64,000 nucleotides of DNA, taken from NCBI GenBank assembly GCA_964575975.1, contig CAZNTU010000003.1, positions 23,811 to 87,810 of the forward strand, in the 5' to 3' direction. The notes under the pieces were generated by a model. It saw only the letters and a list, made by a program, of their open reading frames with translations. It was not told the origin of the DNA and made no database searches. Of this stretch, positions 37,702-47,236 are shown piece by piece. Every line of letters starts with the position of its first letter. Within the stretch, counting starts at the first letter, position 1. A program made the position numbers and the translations under genes. The stretch comes from an uncultured Desulfobacteraceae bacterium. GTDB taxonomy: Bacteria > Desulfobacterota > Desulfobacteria > Desulfobacterales > SKZT01.

Positions 37702-39667
37702 AACCGATCAATTCGCACAGGACGTACGCATGAAAAAATCCATTTATCCGACTATGAAAAGGGCTTTTTGGTTGTTGGTCGCCGCCGTCGTTCTCCTGGC
37801 GGCCCGTATTCAGGTGGTCGATTGTCTGGCGCAGAACGGCGGACATTCGGGTCCGAAAGGAAACGGAACCAACGGGGATATCGAATTCAATTTTCAAAAC
37901 GTGGATATCAACGTATTCATTAAATTCATCAGCGAACTGACGGGAAAGAATTTCATCGTGGACGAACGGGTCAGGGGGGAGGTCAGCATCATATCCCCCG
38001 CGAGGATTTCCGTGGAGGAGGCGTACGAGGTGTTCGAGTCCGTGCTCGACGTCCATGGATTCACGTCGGTGGAGTCGGGGGGCGTTATCAAGATCGTCCC
38101 TGCTACGGAAGCCATGACGAAAAGCGTGAAGACGCTTATCGCGCAGGAGGCGGTGTCCCCGTCCGACCAGGTAGTGACGCAGGTCATACCTCTCAAATAC
38201 GCCAGCGCGGAGGAAATCAAGCAACTGTTCGCTCCCCTTGTGTCGAAAAACAGCGTGATCCTGGCGTATTCCAGGACGAACACAGTGATCGTCACGGATA
38301 TCTATTCCAATATCAGGCGGCTTATGCAAATCCTTGGCACCCTCGACGTGGTCGGAATCGGCGAGGAAGTGTCTGTGGTGCCTCTGAAACACGCCAGCGC
38401 CTCCGAAATGGAAAATCTTCTCAAAACCATCTTCAGGCCGCGAAAAGGATCGTCCAAGGCGGAAATCGATGACATTGTCAGGTTCAGGGCCGACGAACGC
38501 ACCAATTCCATCGTATTGATGGCGAGCGAGAACGAGGCCGCGCAGATCAGACAGCTGATCGCGCTTTTGGACACGGAAGTGCCTCGGGGGACGGGCAAGA
38601 TTCATGTCTATTATCTTGAAAACGCCGTTGCGGAAGATTTGGCGCCGATACTCCAGGAGCTTCCGGGAAAGCACGGAGCGCCGGGGGAGCCGGGCGGCCC
38701 CGTGGTTTCCGCGAACGTCCGGGTTTCCGCGGACAAGGCGACCAACAGTCTCGTCATCATGGCGGAGAAAGACGAATACGCGGTCCTCGAGAATATCATC
38801 CGGCAGTTGGACATTCCAAGGTCGATGGTTTACATAGAGTCGTTGATCATGGAAGTGAACGTGAACAAGAATTTCAACTTGGGAATCGACTGGAGCGTGG
38901 TGGGAAAGACCAGGATTGACGGAAAGGACAGCATCATTGGAGGCGGCTACAGCGGCACGGGCGGACTGGAAGCCAGGGAACTGCTCAGCCCCGAGGGTTT
39001 CGCCATGGGCGTCGTGGGCGGCGGCATCGAAATAGCCACGGAACTGGGGAAAATCGTTTTTCCCAGCATCGGCGCCGTGGCGAAGGCCTTTCAGGGGGAC
39101 GAGGACGTCAAAATCCTCTCCACCCCGCAGATTCTGACCACGGACAACCGGGAGGCCAAAATCCACGTGGGAAGAAACATTCCCTACCAAACCCAGTCCT
39201 CGACCACGGACAACACCGTATACAATTCCTTCGAATACCGGGACGTCGGAATGACCTTGGTCCTCAAACCGCATATCAGCAAAGACCGTCTCGTAAGACT
39301 GGAAATACTCCAGGAACTCACTTCGATTCCGGGAGACGCCAACAACCCGGATGTCCGCCCCACTACCTTGAAAAGAAGCATCAACACCACCGTGATCGTA
39401 AAAGACCGCGGAACTGTCGTGCTCGGAGGACTCATCGACGACACGATTTCTTCGGGAAAAAACTCGATACCCTGCCTTGGGGACATACCCGGCTTGTCCT
39501 GGCTTTTCAAAACCGTCTACAACAATTCCCAAAGGACCAACTTGTTCGTCTTCCTCACCCCGTACGTGGTTCAAACCACCGAGGAAGCCGAGAAAATATA
39601 CGACGGTAAAAAAGTCCACATGGATCAAATCCAAGGGGGAGTCATAAAAATGTACGAAAAGCCGTGA
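37688..39667 (+). CDS. gspD: type II secretion secretin GspD
   Basis: N0-N3 repeats and a secretin domain '...VVLGGLI.D......IP.LGDIP.LG.LF' ('VLGGLIDDTISSGKNSIPCLGDIPGLSWLFK'). Alternative ATG at 37730. Confidence 0.9.
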   Translation: MSSNETDQFAQDVRMKKSIYPTMKRAFWLLVAAVVLLAARIQVVDCLAQNGGHSGPKGNGTNGDIEFNFQNVDINVFIKFISELTGKNFIVDERVRGEVSIISPARISVEEAYEVFESVLDVHGFTSVESGGVIKIVPATEAMTKSVKTLIAQEAVSPSDQVVTQVIPLKYASAEEIKQLFAPLVSKNSVILAYSRTNTVIVTDIYSNIRRLMQILGTLDVVGIGEEVSVVPLKHASASEMENLLKTIFRPRKGSSKAEIDDIVRFRADERTNSIVLMASENEAAQIRQLIALLDTEVPRGTGKIHVYYLENAVAEDLAPILQELPGKHGAPGEPGGPVVSANVRVSADKATNSLVIMAEKDEYAVLENIIRQLDIPRSMVYIESLIMEVNVNKNFNLGIDWSVVGKTRIDGKDSIIGGGYSGTGGLEARELLSPEGFAMGVVGGGIEIATELGKIVFPSIGAVAKAFQGDEDVKILSTPQILTTDNREAKIHVGRNIPYQTQSSTTDNTVYNSFEYRDVGMTLVLKPHISKDRLVRLEILQELTSIPGDANNPDVRPTTLKRSINTTVIVKDRGTVVLGGLIDDTISSGKNSIPCLGDIPGLSWLFKTVYNNSQRTNLFVFLTPYVVQTTEEAEKIYDGKKVHMDQIQGGVIKMYEKP

Positions 39668-39702
39668 TTCGTTGCGGAGGACCAAAGGATCGACCGTTTT
39701 AC

Positions 39703-41448
39703 ATGCGAAAAACGCTTCAAGATATATTGAAGGAGAAATTCGGGATTTCCGAGCAGACCATTTCTGAATTGCGCGCCGCAGCCATTAAAAAGGGGGGCAG
39801 GATTCGCGATCTTCTGATCGAAAAAAAAATTTTGACCGAGACGCAGTTGTTGCGGGCTCTGAGCGAACAATACCAAATCCCTTTCCAGCCGGATATTCCG
39901 CTCGAGAAAATCGACAACGGTTTTATCCAAAAATTGCCGATCCGGTTCTTGAAGCATTACGCCATGATTCCTTTAAGGTACAAGGAAGCCGAAAAGATCG
40001 AGAACGAATCGGAGGGAACAGGGTCCTGCGGAACGAGCGATTCGCGTTGGACCATTGCGCTGAACGATCCCTCCGCAGTCAATCCGTTGGACGATCTCGC
40101 CAGTATCCTGGGCATCCCCGACTACGATATCGTGCTCTGTCCGAAAGACGCGATCATGTCGGCAATAAACATTTCATACGACACCGTCCGCGACTCGGCC
40201 GAACAATTGGTGCAAAACATGGAGGAAAACGGAACCTCGATCGTCAACGAAATAGAAGTCGCCGCCGATCTATTGGACGACGACAGCGACGCCCCCATCA
40301 TCAAGCTGGTCAACCATATCCTGTCCCAGGCGATCAAGGCCCGCGCCAGCGACATCCATATCGAACCCTATCAAGACAGTTTCAAAGTCCGCTACAGGGT
40401 GGACGGCATTCTTTACGATTTGCTCGCTCCTCCCAAATGGATCCAGTCATCGCTGATCTCCAGGATCAAGGTGATGGCCAAGATGAACATCGCGGAAAAG
40501 CGACTTCCCCAGGACGGACGCCTGGAGGTCAAGATGGGGGAACAGGATATCGACGTGCGCATTTCCACGATCCCGACCTCTTTCGGAGAACGGGTGGTGC
40601 TAAGATTATTGAACAAGACGAACACCCTTTTCCAAATGACGGATCTGGGGCTGGAGCCGGAAAAGCTCCGAATCGTGGAGAAACTTGTCAGGACGCCTCA
40701 CGGTATCGTGTTGGTGACCGGCCCCACCGGGAGCGGGAAAACCACGACCCTGTACGCCATTCTGTCCTCCATCAACACCCCGGACATCAACATCATAACC
40801 ATCGAGGATCCCGTCGAGTACAAAATACCCGGAGTCAGTCAAATCCAGGTGAACAGGAAAATCGGGCTGACGTTCGCCGGCGGATTGAGGTCCATCGTAC
40901 GCCAGGACCCCGATGTCGTGCTGATCGGAGAAATCCGCGACCGGGAGACGGCCGAAATCGCGGTTCAATCGGCGTTGACCGGGCACCTTGTATTTTCCAC
41001 GCTTCATACCAACGATTCCGCCGGCGCCATTACCAGGCTCGTGGATATCGGCGTCGAACCGTTCCTCATCTCTTCCTCGATCATCGCGGTCTGCGCCCAA
41101 CGCCTCGTGCGGGTGCTCTGCCCGGAGTGCAAAAAGCCCTATGTTCCGGACCAAACGTCTCTGGAAGCGATAGGATTGACCGCAAACGAAATCTCGGGCC
41201 GCATCCTTTACAAACCGGCTGGCTGCGCATCTTGCATCCAAACCGGCTACCGCGGACGAATCGGCATCTTCGAGATTATGATCGTCGATGAAAAAATAAA
41301 AAGCCTGATCGTAAAGTCCCACGATTCGGGCTCTATCAAGCAAGAAGCGTTGAAATCGGGAATGGCCACCCTCCGTCGGGACGGAATCTCGAAAGTTTTG
41401 AACGGCGCGACCACGATCGAAGAGGTCTTGCGCGTGACGCAGAAATGA
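39703..41448 (+). CDS. gspE: type II secretion ATPase GspE
   Basis: N-terminal MshEN/T2SSE_N-like domain, Walker A 'GPTGSGKTTT', Asp/His boxes and a tetracysteine 'CPEC...CASC'. Confidence 0.95.
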   Translation: MRKTLQDILKEKFGISEQTISELRAAAIKKGGRIRDLLIEKKILTETQLLRALSEQYQIPFQPDIPLEKIDNGFIQKLPIRFLKHYAMIPLRYKEAEKIENESEGTGSCGTSDSRWTIALNDPSAVNPLDDLASILGIPDYDIVLCPKDAIMSAINISYDTVRDSAEQLVQNMEENGTSIVNEIEVAADLLDDDSDAPIIKLVNHILSQAIKARASDIHIEPYQDSFKVRYRVDGILYDLLAPPKWIQSSLISRIKVMAKMNIAEKRLPQDGRLEVKMGEQDIDVRISTIPTSFGERVVLRLLNKTNTLFQMTDLGLEPEKLRIVEKLVRTPHGIVLVTGPTGSGKTTTLYAILSSINTPDINIITIEDPVEYKIPGVSQIQVNRKIGLTFAGGLRSIVRQDPDVVLIGEIRDRETAEIAVQSALTGHLVFSTLHTNDSAGAITRLVDIGVEPFLISSSIIAVCAQRLVRVLCPECKKPYVPDQTSLEAIGLTANEISGRILYKPAGCASCIQTGYRGRIGIFEIMIVDEKIKSLIVKSHDSGSIKQEALKSGMATLRRDGISKVLNGATTIEEVLRVTQK

Positions 41449-41507
41449 TGCATAATCGTGTTTGCACAAAGCACGCGAATCCCTAAAAAAAGACAAGGAA
41501 ATATCGT

Positions 41508-41900
41508 ATGAAACCAAGAACCGTCGGCGCGGCCCTGGCGCTTTTTCTGGCCGTATTTTCGGCCGCTCCCGCCGTTGCGGCCCAGCCGCCCGAAGAAAAG
41601 GAACAGGCGTCCGCAAGCGACTTTTTTTTGTCCCCCGTCCACTTTTTCAGAAAATTTCTTTCGGGCGCCGACGGCGACCGCTGCTCCATGCACCCGTCCT
41701 GCTCCACATACAGTATCGAGGCCTTCAAAAGGAATGGTCCCTTGGCGGGATACTTCATGACCTGCGACAGGCTTCTGCGGTGTGGAAGGGACGAAAAAGA
41801 CGCAAGCCCTCCCGTCAATGTCGGAGGCAAAACGAAAACGTACGATCCCGTTTCCAACAACGACTTCTGGTGGAAAAAATCCCCGGACCGAGGAAAATAA
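41508..41900 (+). CDS. YidD-like (hemolytic-domain) protein with N-terminal signal/anchor sequence
   Basis: AAGGAAA RBS. 'AALALFLAVFSAAPAVAA' hydrophobic leader followed by 'FFRKFLS......C.MHPSCSTYSIEAF' YidD signature. 130 aa. Confidence 0.7.
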   Translation: MKPRTVGAALALFLAVFSAAPAVAAQPPEEKEQASASDFFLSPVHFFRKFLSGADGDRCSMHPSCSTYSIEAFKRNGPLAGYFMTCDRLLRCGRDEKDASPPVNVGGKTKTYDPVSNNDFWWKKSPDRGK

Positions 41901-41901
41901 G

Positions 41902-42849
41902 ATGAGAAAAGCCCGCGCAAGCATTCTTAAACTGATTTTGGCCGCTGCCCTTTCGCTGCGCGCGGGTGCGGGACTGGCCGCCGAGGAAATCAAGCCGGGC
42001 GTTCTGGTGGTCGACCCCGACCGACAATTCGCCTTCGCAATGGATTATTTCGATCAGGGGCGCTATTTCGATTCTATCTCCGAGTTCGAACGATTCGTCT
42101 ATTTTTTTCCCGAAGACGAGCGGGTCGATCTCGCCCTGTATAGAATAGGCGAAGCCTATTCCAACAGCGGCCGGTTCAAGGACGCCGTGGAATCCTTTTC
42201 CAAAGTGATCGAAAGGGGCGAAAATCCTGCCCTTGCAAATAAAGCCTATTTCCGGTTGAGCGAAACGTTCGTGGCGCTGGAAGATTACGCCTCCACGTTT
42301 GGATTGCTGAACCACGTGGCCGAAACCGCGACGGCACCTACAATCCGGGACGAAGCGCATTATCGCGCCGCATGGATTCATTTGGCAAGGGACGAAATCG
42401 AAAAGGCCCGGGAACGCTTCCAATTGATCGCGGAACAAAACAGGAACCTTTATCGCGTAGGGGAAATCGAGGAAGAACTGGGCAGAGATCCATTGTATCC
42501 TACTAAGAATCCGAAACTGGCGGGTTTTTTGTCCGTCGTTCCGGGAGCGGGTTTCGCATACGTTGGCCGTTACAGGGACGCCCTCGCCGCCTTTCTGTTG
42601 AACACGGGACTATTTATTGCAGCCTACGAATCCTTCGACAACGACAACGAGGCGCTCGGGGCGATCATCGCCTTCGTAGGGGCCGGATTCTACGGGGGAA
42701 ACATCTACGGGGCGATCTCCAGCGCCCACAAATACAATGCGACCTCCCGCCAGCGGTTTCTGGAAAACCTGAAAACGAAAACCGGCGTGACCCTTTCCTA
42801 CGTGCCTGAAAACCAAGGATTCCTGATAGGGCTTTGCCACGAATTTTGA
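41902..42849 (+). CDS. TPR-repeat protein with signal peptide and C-terminal membrane segments
   Basis: GAGGAA RBS. Signal 'ILKLILAAALSLRAGAGLAA'. TPR-like helical repeats. C-terminal 'FLSVVPGAGFAYVGRY...' double hydrophobic region. Confidence 0.7.
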   Translation: MRKARASILKLILAAALSLRAGAGLAAEEIKPGVLVVDPDRQFAFAMDYFDQGRYFDSISEFERFVYFFPEDERVDLALYRIGEAYSNSGRFKDAVESFSKVIERGENPALANKAYFRLSETFVALEDYASTFGLLNHVAETATAPTIRDEAHYRAAWIHLARDEIEKARERFQLIAEQNRNLYRVGEIEEELGRDPLYPTKNPKLAGFLSVVPGAGFAYVGRYRDALAAFLLNTGLFIAAYESFDNDNEALGAIIAFVGAGFYGGNIYGAISSAHKYNATSRQRFLENLKTKTGVTLSYVPENQGFLIGLCHEF

Positions 42850-42859
42850 CAGTCCCGTT

Positions 42860-44011
42860 TCAAAACAGTTCGTACTTGGCGAGCCTGCCGTCGAGATTGG
42901 CGTTTTTCAACTCCTTTTTCCACGTCGTCCTGAGCCCTATTTTCTTGATCGTCTCCCGGTTGCCGAAATACACGTATGCTTGCGCCCCTTTGCATCGTTG
43001 TTTCAGGAAATCCCCGAAATCCTTGTAAAGGGAATCGAGTCCCCTTTCGTCCTTCAGACGAACGCCATACGGCGGGTTGCAAAGTATGGTCGTGTTTTCG
43101 AGCCCGGCGATTTTCCTGAAATCGGTCCGCTCCACCCGTACGGAGTTTCCTCCCGAAATTGCACTCGAATTGGTCCTCGCGGCTCCGACCGCCACCATGT
43201 CCGCGTCGCTTCCCGAGACAAGGCCGGGGACCGGCTTCGAAATCTTGGAATCGGCGTCTCTTTTTACCTTTCCCCAAAGCTTCGCGTCGAAATCCGGGAG
43301 AAAACGAAACCCGAAATTCTTCTTCAGATATCCGGCCGGAATATTGCAAACCTTCATCAGGGCTTCGCAAAGAAGCGTTCCCGAACCGCACATGGGATCG
43401 TAAAGCGGTCTTTCGCCGTTCCATCCGGAAAAAGCCACGACGGCAGCCGCGATGGTCTCCCTCATGGGGGCCGCGACCGACTCCAGCCTGTAGCCCCTTC
43501 GATGAAGCGCCCCGCCCGAAACATCCAGGCTGATCGTTCCGGTTTGTTCCTGGATATGAAGATTGATCGAAACTTCCGGATTCAAGGCGTCAACGTCGGG
43601 CCTCTTTCCCGACTTGCCCCGAAAATAATCCGCCACCGCGTCCTTGAGGCACAAGGCCGCGAATTTCGAATGGCGAAGATTTTCGTTTCCCGACACGTTC
43701 GAAAATACGGCGAACGTGTCGTCCTCTGAAAACATCCGGTCCCATTGGATGGATCTCCCCGCCCGGTACAAATCCCCCCTGTCCCGACACGCGAAAGAAC
43801 GCAAGGGCGCAAGCACCCGAGACAATAAACGCGATTTGTAGTTTACCAGGTACAACGTAGCCGCGTCCGCGGAAAAATGCAGTCCGCGAATGCCCGCCTG
43901 TATATGCTTCGCCCCCAAGGCGACCAACTCGTCTTCGGCTATGGATTCCAGGCCGCTAGAAACTTGAGCGAAATATCTGTCGTTCTTGTTGTATTCGTAT
44001 ATTTCTTCCAT
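42860..44011 (-). CDS. THUMP-domain class I SAM-dependent RNA methyltransferase (RlmL N-terminal-half-like)
   Basis: THUMP N-terminus, 'DPMCGSGTLLCEA' SAM motif and 'CNPPYG' catalytic motif. Confidence 0.85.
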   Translation of the reverse strand: MEEIYEYNKNDRYFAQVSSGLESIAEDELVALGAKHIQAGIRGLHFSADAATLYLVNYKSRLLSRVLAPLRSFACRDRGDLYRAGRSIQWDRMFSEDDTFAVFSNVSGNENLRHSKFAALCLKDAVADYFRGKSGKRPDVDALNPEVSINLHIQEQTGTISLDVSGGALHRRGYRLESVAAPMRETIAAAVVAFSGWNGERPLYDPMCGSGTLLCEALMKVCNIPAGYLKKNFGFRFLPDFDAKLWGKVKRDADSKISKPVPGLVSGSDADMVAVGAARTNSSAISGGNSVRVERTDFRKIAGLENTTILCNPPYGVRLKDERGLDSLYKDFGDFLKQRCKGAQAYVYFGNRETIKKIGLRTTWKKELKNANLDGRLAKYELF

Positions 44012-44215
44012 GAAACGCTCCGAGAAAAAATGAAAAATCCCAAAATTTCAATCTGTCGCAGTCGGACTAAGATATCCCAAGGGAAAAACAATGTAAATAC
44101 GCCAAGACCGTCCGGATAGCTTGAATTTTAAAAAAGCGTGGTTAGTTTGTTACCCAAGTTAGTAATGGTTGGAAATTCAAACTTCGTTTACTTTAAACAT
44201 ACAGGGGGAACGAAT

Positions 44216-44632
44216 ATGAGAGAAAATCTGCACAAACAGGTTCAGGAACATATCGATTGTTTTGCGACAACCGACCCCTTGGCGGAAATGGCCGCGATCA
44301 AAAACGACGCCGACAAGGAAATGGCCGCGCTGAAGTGGCTTGCTTTGACAGCGCTTCACGGAATCGACAGCGACGCGAAAAAAATCTCCATCGCGAAGGA
44401 CCAGGACGGCAATGTGACGGTCTTCGCGAAATACAAAAAGAAGGAGCTTCCGGATCCGGGGGCCGAAATCGCCGATAAAGTCTTCGAAACGATCAGAGGG
44501 ATTACCCATATCGAGGAAGACTCCGGAAAATCCGTACTGGCGTTGGGTATTCGGGACGGCAGCATCGACGTCAAAGTCAAAGTGAAAAAGTCGGAAGACG
44601 GCGAAATCGTGACAATCAAGTTTCCGAAGTAA
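44216..44632 (+). CDS. hypothetical protein (138 aa)
   Basis: ATG preceded by a GGGGGA RBS-like sequence and followed by a strong terminator. No family recognised. Confidence 0.5.
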   Translation: MRENLHKQVQEHIDCFATTDPLAEMAAIKNDADKEMAALKWLALTALHGIDSDAKKISIAKDQDGNVTVFAKYKKKELPDPGAEIADKVFETIRGITHIEEDSGKSVLALGIRDGSIDVKVKVKKSEDGEIVTIKFPK

Positions 44633-44675
44633 AAAAGTCGGAACGCGACGCCATCGAAACCATGTAAAGATCCAG

Positions 44676-44714
44676 GGGGCGTTCCCCGAAAACGGGACGC
44701 CCCTTTTTATTTTT
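44676..44714 (+). terminator. Rho-independent terminator
   Basis: GGGGCGT(T)CCC / GGGACGCCCC stem, 7-nt loop, followed by TTTTTATTTT. Confidence 0.8.
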
Positions 44715-44745
44715 CAATCTTACCCTCGAGAAGAAAGAATTCCGC

Positions 44746-45240
44746 ATGAGAATAAAAAAATCCGATGTTCGCGAAGTCAAGCCCGAAGAAGCATCCATGT
44801 TGAATTTCGTTGTGCGCCAATGTTTCTCCGACGTCGCGAGACGATTCGATCTGACGTCCGAAAACTGCCCGACCCACCCGTCCAACAGCACGGTGGAAAA
44901 GATCAAAGAGGATATGCTCCGAGGCGTTTCTTTTTTCGTAAAGATAGACAAAGGAATTCCAGCCGGTTGCGTCGGCCTGGAGAAGGCGGACGGCAATACT
45001 TTCTTCGTCGAAAGGCTGGGGGTGCTTCCGGGGAGGCGCGGCAGGGGGTTCGGCGGAGAACTGCTGGAAAAGGCCGTATCGGAGGCGAAAAAGTCGGGCG
45101 CGAAAACCGTCAGCGCCGGAATAATCGCCCAAGATACGGAATTGAAGAAATGGTACGAAAAAAAAGGCTTTGTCGAAATCGAAACAAAAGATTTCGCACA
45201 CCTTCCCTTTCGGGTTCTTTTCATGAACTTGTCCGTCTAA
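44746..45240 (+). CDS. GNAT-family N-acetyltransferase
   Basis: 'LGVLPGRRGRGFGGELLEKA' acetyl-CoA binding motif. Confidence 0.85.
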   Translation: MRIKKSDVREVKPEEASMLNFVVRQCFSDVARRFDLTSENCPTHPSNSTVEKIKEDMLRGVSFFVKIDKGIPAGCVGLEKADGNTFFVERLGVLPGRRGRGFGGELLEKAVSEAKKSGAKTVSAGIIAQDTELKKWYEKKGFVEIETKDFAHLPFRVLFMNLSV

Positions 45241-45426
45241 TCCTCGTCGAAAATAAAAAATTTTAATGTTGTGTTCGATGCCGATTTGGGTTACTTGTAG
45301 CGGTTTTGAATTTCGGCGGCCGAACGCCCGTTCCCGGCCGCCGATCCGACGTTGAATTCCTCGAATCAAGAGCACCGAAAGAAACAATCCCGTCGAAATC
45401 GAGAACCAAGGAACAAAGGAGACGAA

Positions 45427-47208
45427 ATGGACATCGGAGAACTCAAGAAAACCATACTGGATCGAATCGAAACCGCGGCCGAAAAGGCGTTCGGAGGCCG
45501 ACCGGAGGGTTTGTCCCTGGTATTTCCGCCCAGCGTCGCGATGGGCGATTTCGCGTGCGGTTGTTTTCCGTTGGCGAAAGAGTATCGTCGGTCTCCCAAG
45601 GACATAGCCCAAAAGATCGTCGAAAACATGCGAACGGAGGAGTTGATCGAAAAGGCCGAAGCCGCAGGCCCGTATGTCAACGTCAAGATCGACCGTTCCG
45701 TCTTGTTCGGCCGGATCTGTTCCGAAATCGTCGAAAACGAAGAAAAATTCTTTTTCTCCCGAATGGGCGAAGGCGAGCGCGTCATGGTGGAATATCTTTC
45801 ACCGAACACCAACAAGCCCCTTCATTTGGGCCACTTGAGAAACGGCGCCTTGGGAATGGCCCTGTCGAAAATCTTGGAGGCGACAGGGTACCGCGTGGTC
45901 AAGGCCAATCTGATCAACAACCGCGGAGTCCATATCTGCAAAAGCATGCTTGCGTGGAAAAGGTGGGGCCAAGGTGCCACGCCGGAATCCCAGGGGATCA
46001 AGGGGGACCATTTCGTGGGCGACTGGTACGTGCGGTACGCCATCGAAGCCGAGAAGGACCCCTCGCTGGACGTCGAAGTCCAGCAAATGCTCCAAAAATG
46101 GGAGGCGGGCGGCCCGGAAACCGTCGAACTCTGGAAAACCATGAACCAGTGGGTCTACGACGGATTCGCCGAGACTTGCGAGAAATTCGGCCTTGAATTC
46201 GACGCCGTATATTACGAATCCGACACGTACAAACTCGGCCGCGACATCATCTCGGAAGGTTTGAAAAAAGAGGTTTTCCAAGTCGATTCCCGAAACGGGG
46301 AGAACAAGGGCAACGTGGTGTTTCCCATGCCCGAGGAAAAATACGGTCTCGAAAAAGGCGGAAAGCGGAAAAAAGTGACTGTCCTTCGCGAGGACGGCAC
46401 CAGTCTGTACATGACGCAGGACATCGGAACGGCCGTTATGAAGGTGGCCGATCACAATCTGGACCGCTCCATCTACGTGGTCGGCAGCGAACAGGTTTAT
46501 CATTTCCAGTGCCTTTTCGAAATCTTAAAGGCCCTCGGATACTCTTGGGCGGACGGTTGCCACCATCTGTCGTACGGCATGGTCTATCTTCCCGAAGGAA
46601 AAATGAAATCGAGGGAGGGCAAGGTCGTGGACGCCGACGACCTCATCGAGGCGATAGAAGAAATGGCGGAGGCGGAAATAGTCAAGAGGAACATCGACAA
46701 TCCTTTGTCCGACGAAGAGATGAACGAAAGAAAATCGGCCATCGGCAAGGGGGCGATCAAATTTTATCTTCTAAGGGTCAGGGCCAACCAGGACATCCAT
46801 TTCGACCCCGAGGAATCCATATCGTTCGACGGTTTTACCGGCCCTTATTGCCAGTACGCCTGCGCAAGGATTTCCGGAATCTTGAGAAACGCGGCGGAAC
46901 TGGGACTTTCCTGTCGCGAGGCCGACTGCGGCGTCCTGGGAAACGAGGAGGAACTGATTCTGATTCGACACCTGATCCAATTTCCCGAGGAACTGGAAAT
47001 TTCGGCGGGGGAACTCGCCCCGTCCCGGCTCGCCGTACATGTTTTCAACACCGCAAAGGCGTTCAACCAGTTCTACAACAAACACCAGGTGATTCGCGCC
47101 GAAACCGAGGAAATCGCAAAAGCGCGTCTCGTTTTGATCAACGCGTGCCGCGTCGCTCTGAAAACAGGCTTGAACCTGCTCGGAATAGACGTTTTGGAAA
47201 GAATGTAA
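45427..47208 (+). CDS. argS: arginine--tRNA ligase
   Basis: 'SPNTNKPLHLGHLRN' HIGH motif, a 'MKSREG' KMSK-like motif and a DALR anticodon-binding C-terminus. Internal ATG at 45427. Confidence 0.95.
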   Translation: MDIGELKKTILDRIETAAEKAFGGRPEGLSLVFPPSVAMGDFACGCFPLAKEYRRSPKDIAQKIVENMRTEELIEKAEAAGPYVNVKIDRSVLFGRICSEIVENEEKFFFSRMGEGERVMVEYLSPNTNKPLHLGHLRNGALGMALSKILEATGYRVVKANLINNRGVHICKSMLAWKRWGQGATPESQGIKGDHFVGDWYVRYAIEAEKDPSLDVEVQQMLQKWEAGGPETVELWKTMNQWVYDGFAETCEKFGLEFDAVYYESDTYKLGRDIISEGLKKEVFQVDSRNGENKGNVVFPMPEEKYGLEKGGKRKKVTVLREDGTSLYMTQDIGTAVMKVADHNLDRSIYVVGSEQVYHFQCLFEILKALGYSWADGCHHLSYGMVYLPEGKMKSREGKVVDADDLIEAIEEMAEAEIVKRNIDNPLSDEEMNERKSAIGKGAIKFYLLRVRANQDIHFDPEESISFDGFTGPYCQYACARISGILRNAAELGLSCREADCGVLGNEEELILIRHLIQFPEELEISAGELAPSRLAVHVFNTAKAFNQFYNKHQVIRAETEEIAKARLVLINACRVALKTGLNLLGIDVLERM

Positions 47209-47236
47209 CTACAAGCGGACAGGAGTATTAAAAAAA

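Noticed and set aside
41449-42860. Looked for a hidden or frameshifted gspF after gspE.
   Set aside because: The space is fully occupied by the YidD-like and TPR ORFs. No frame shows the three-TM, two-cytoplasmic-domain GspF pattern.
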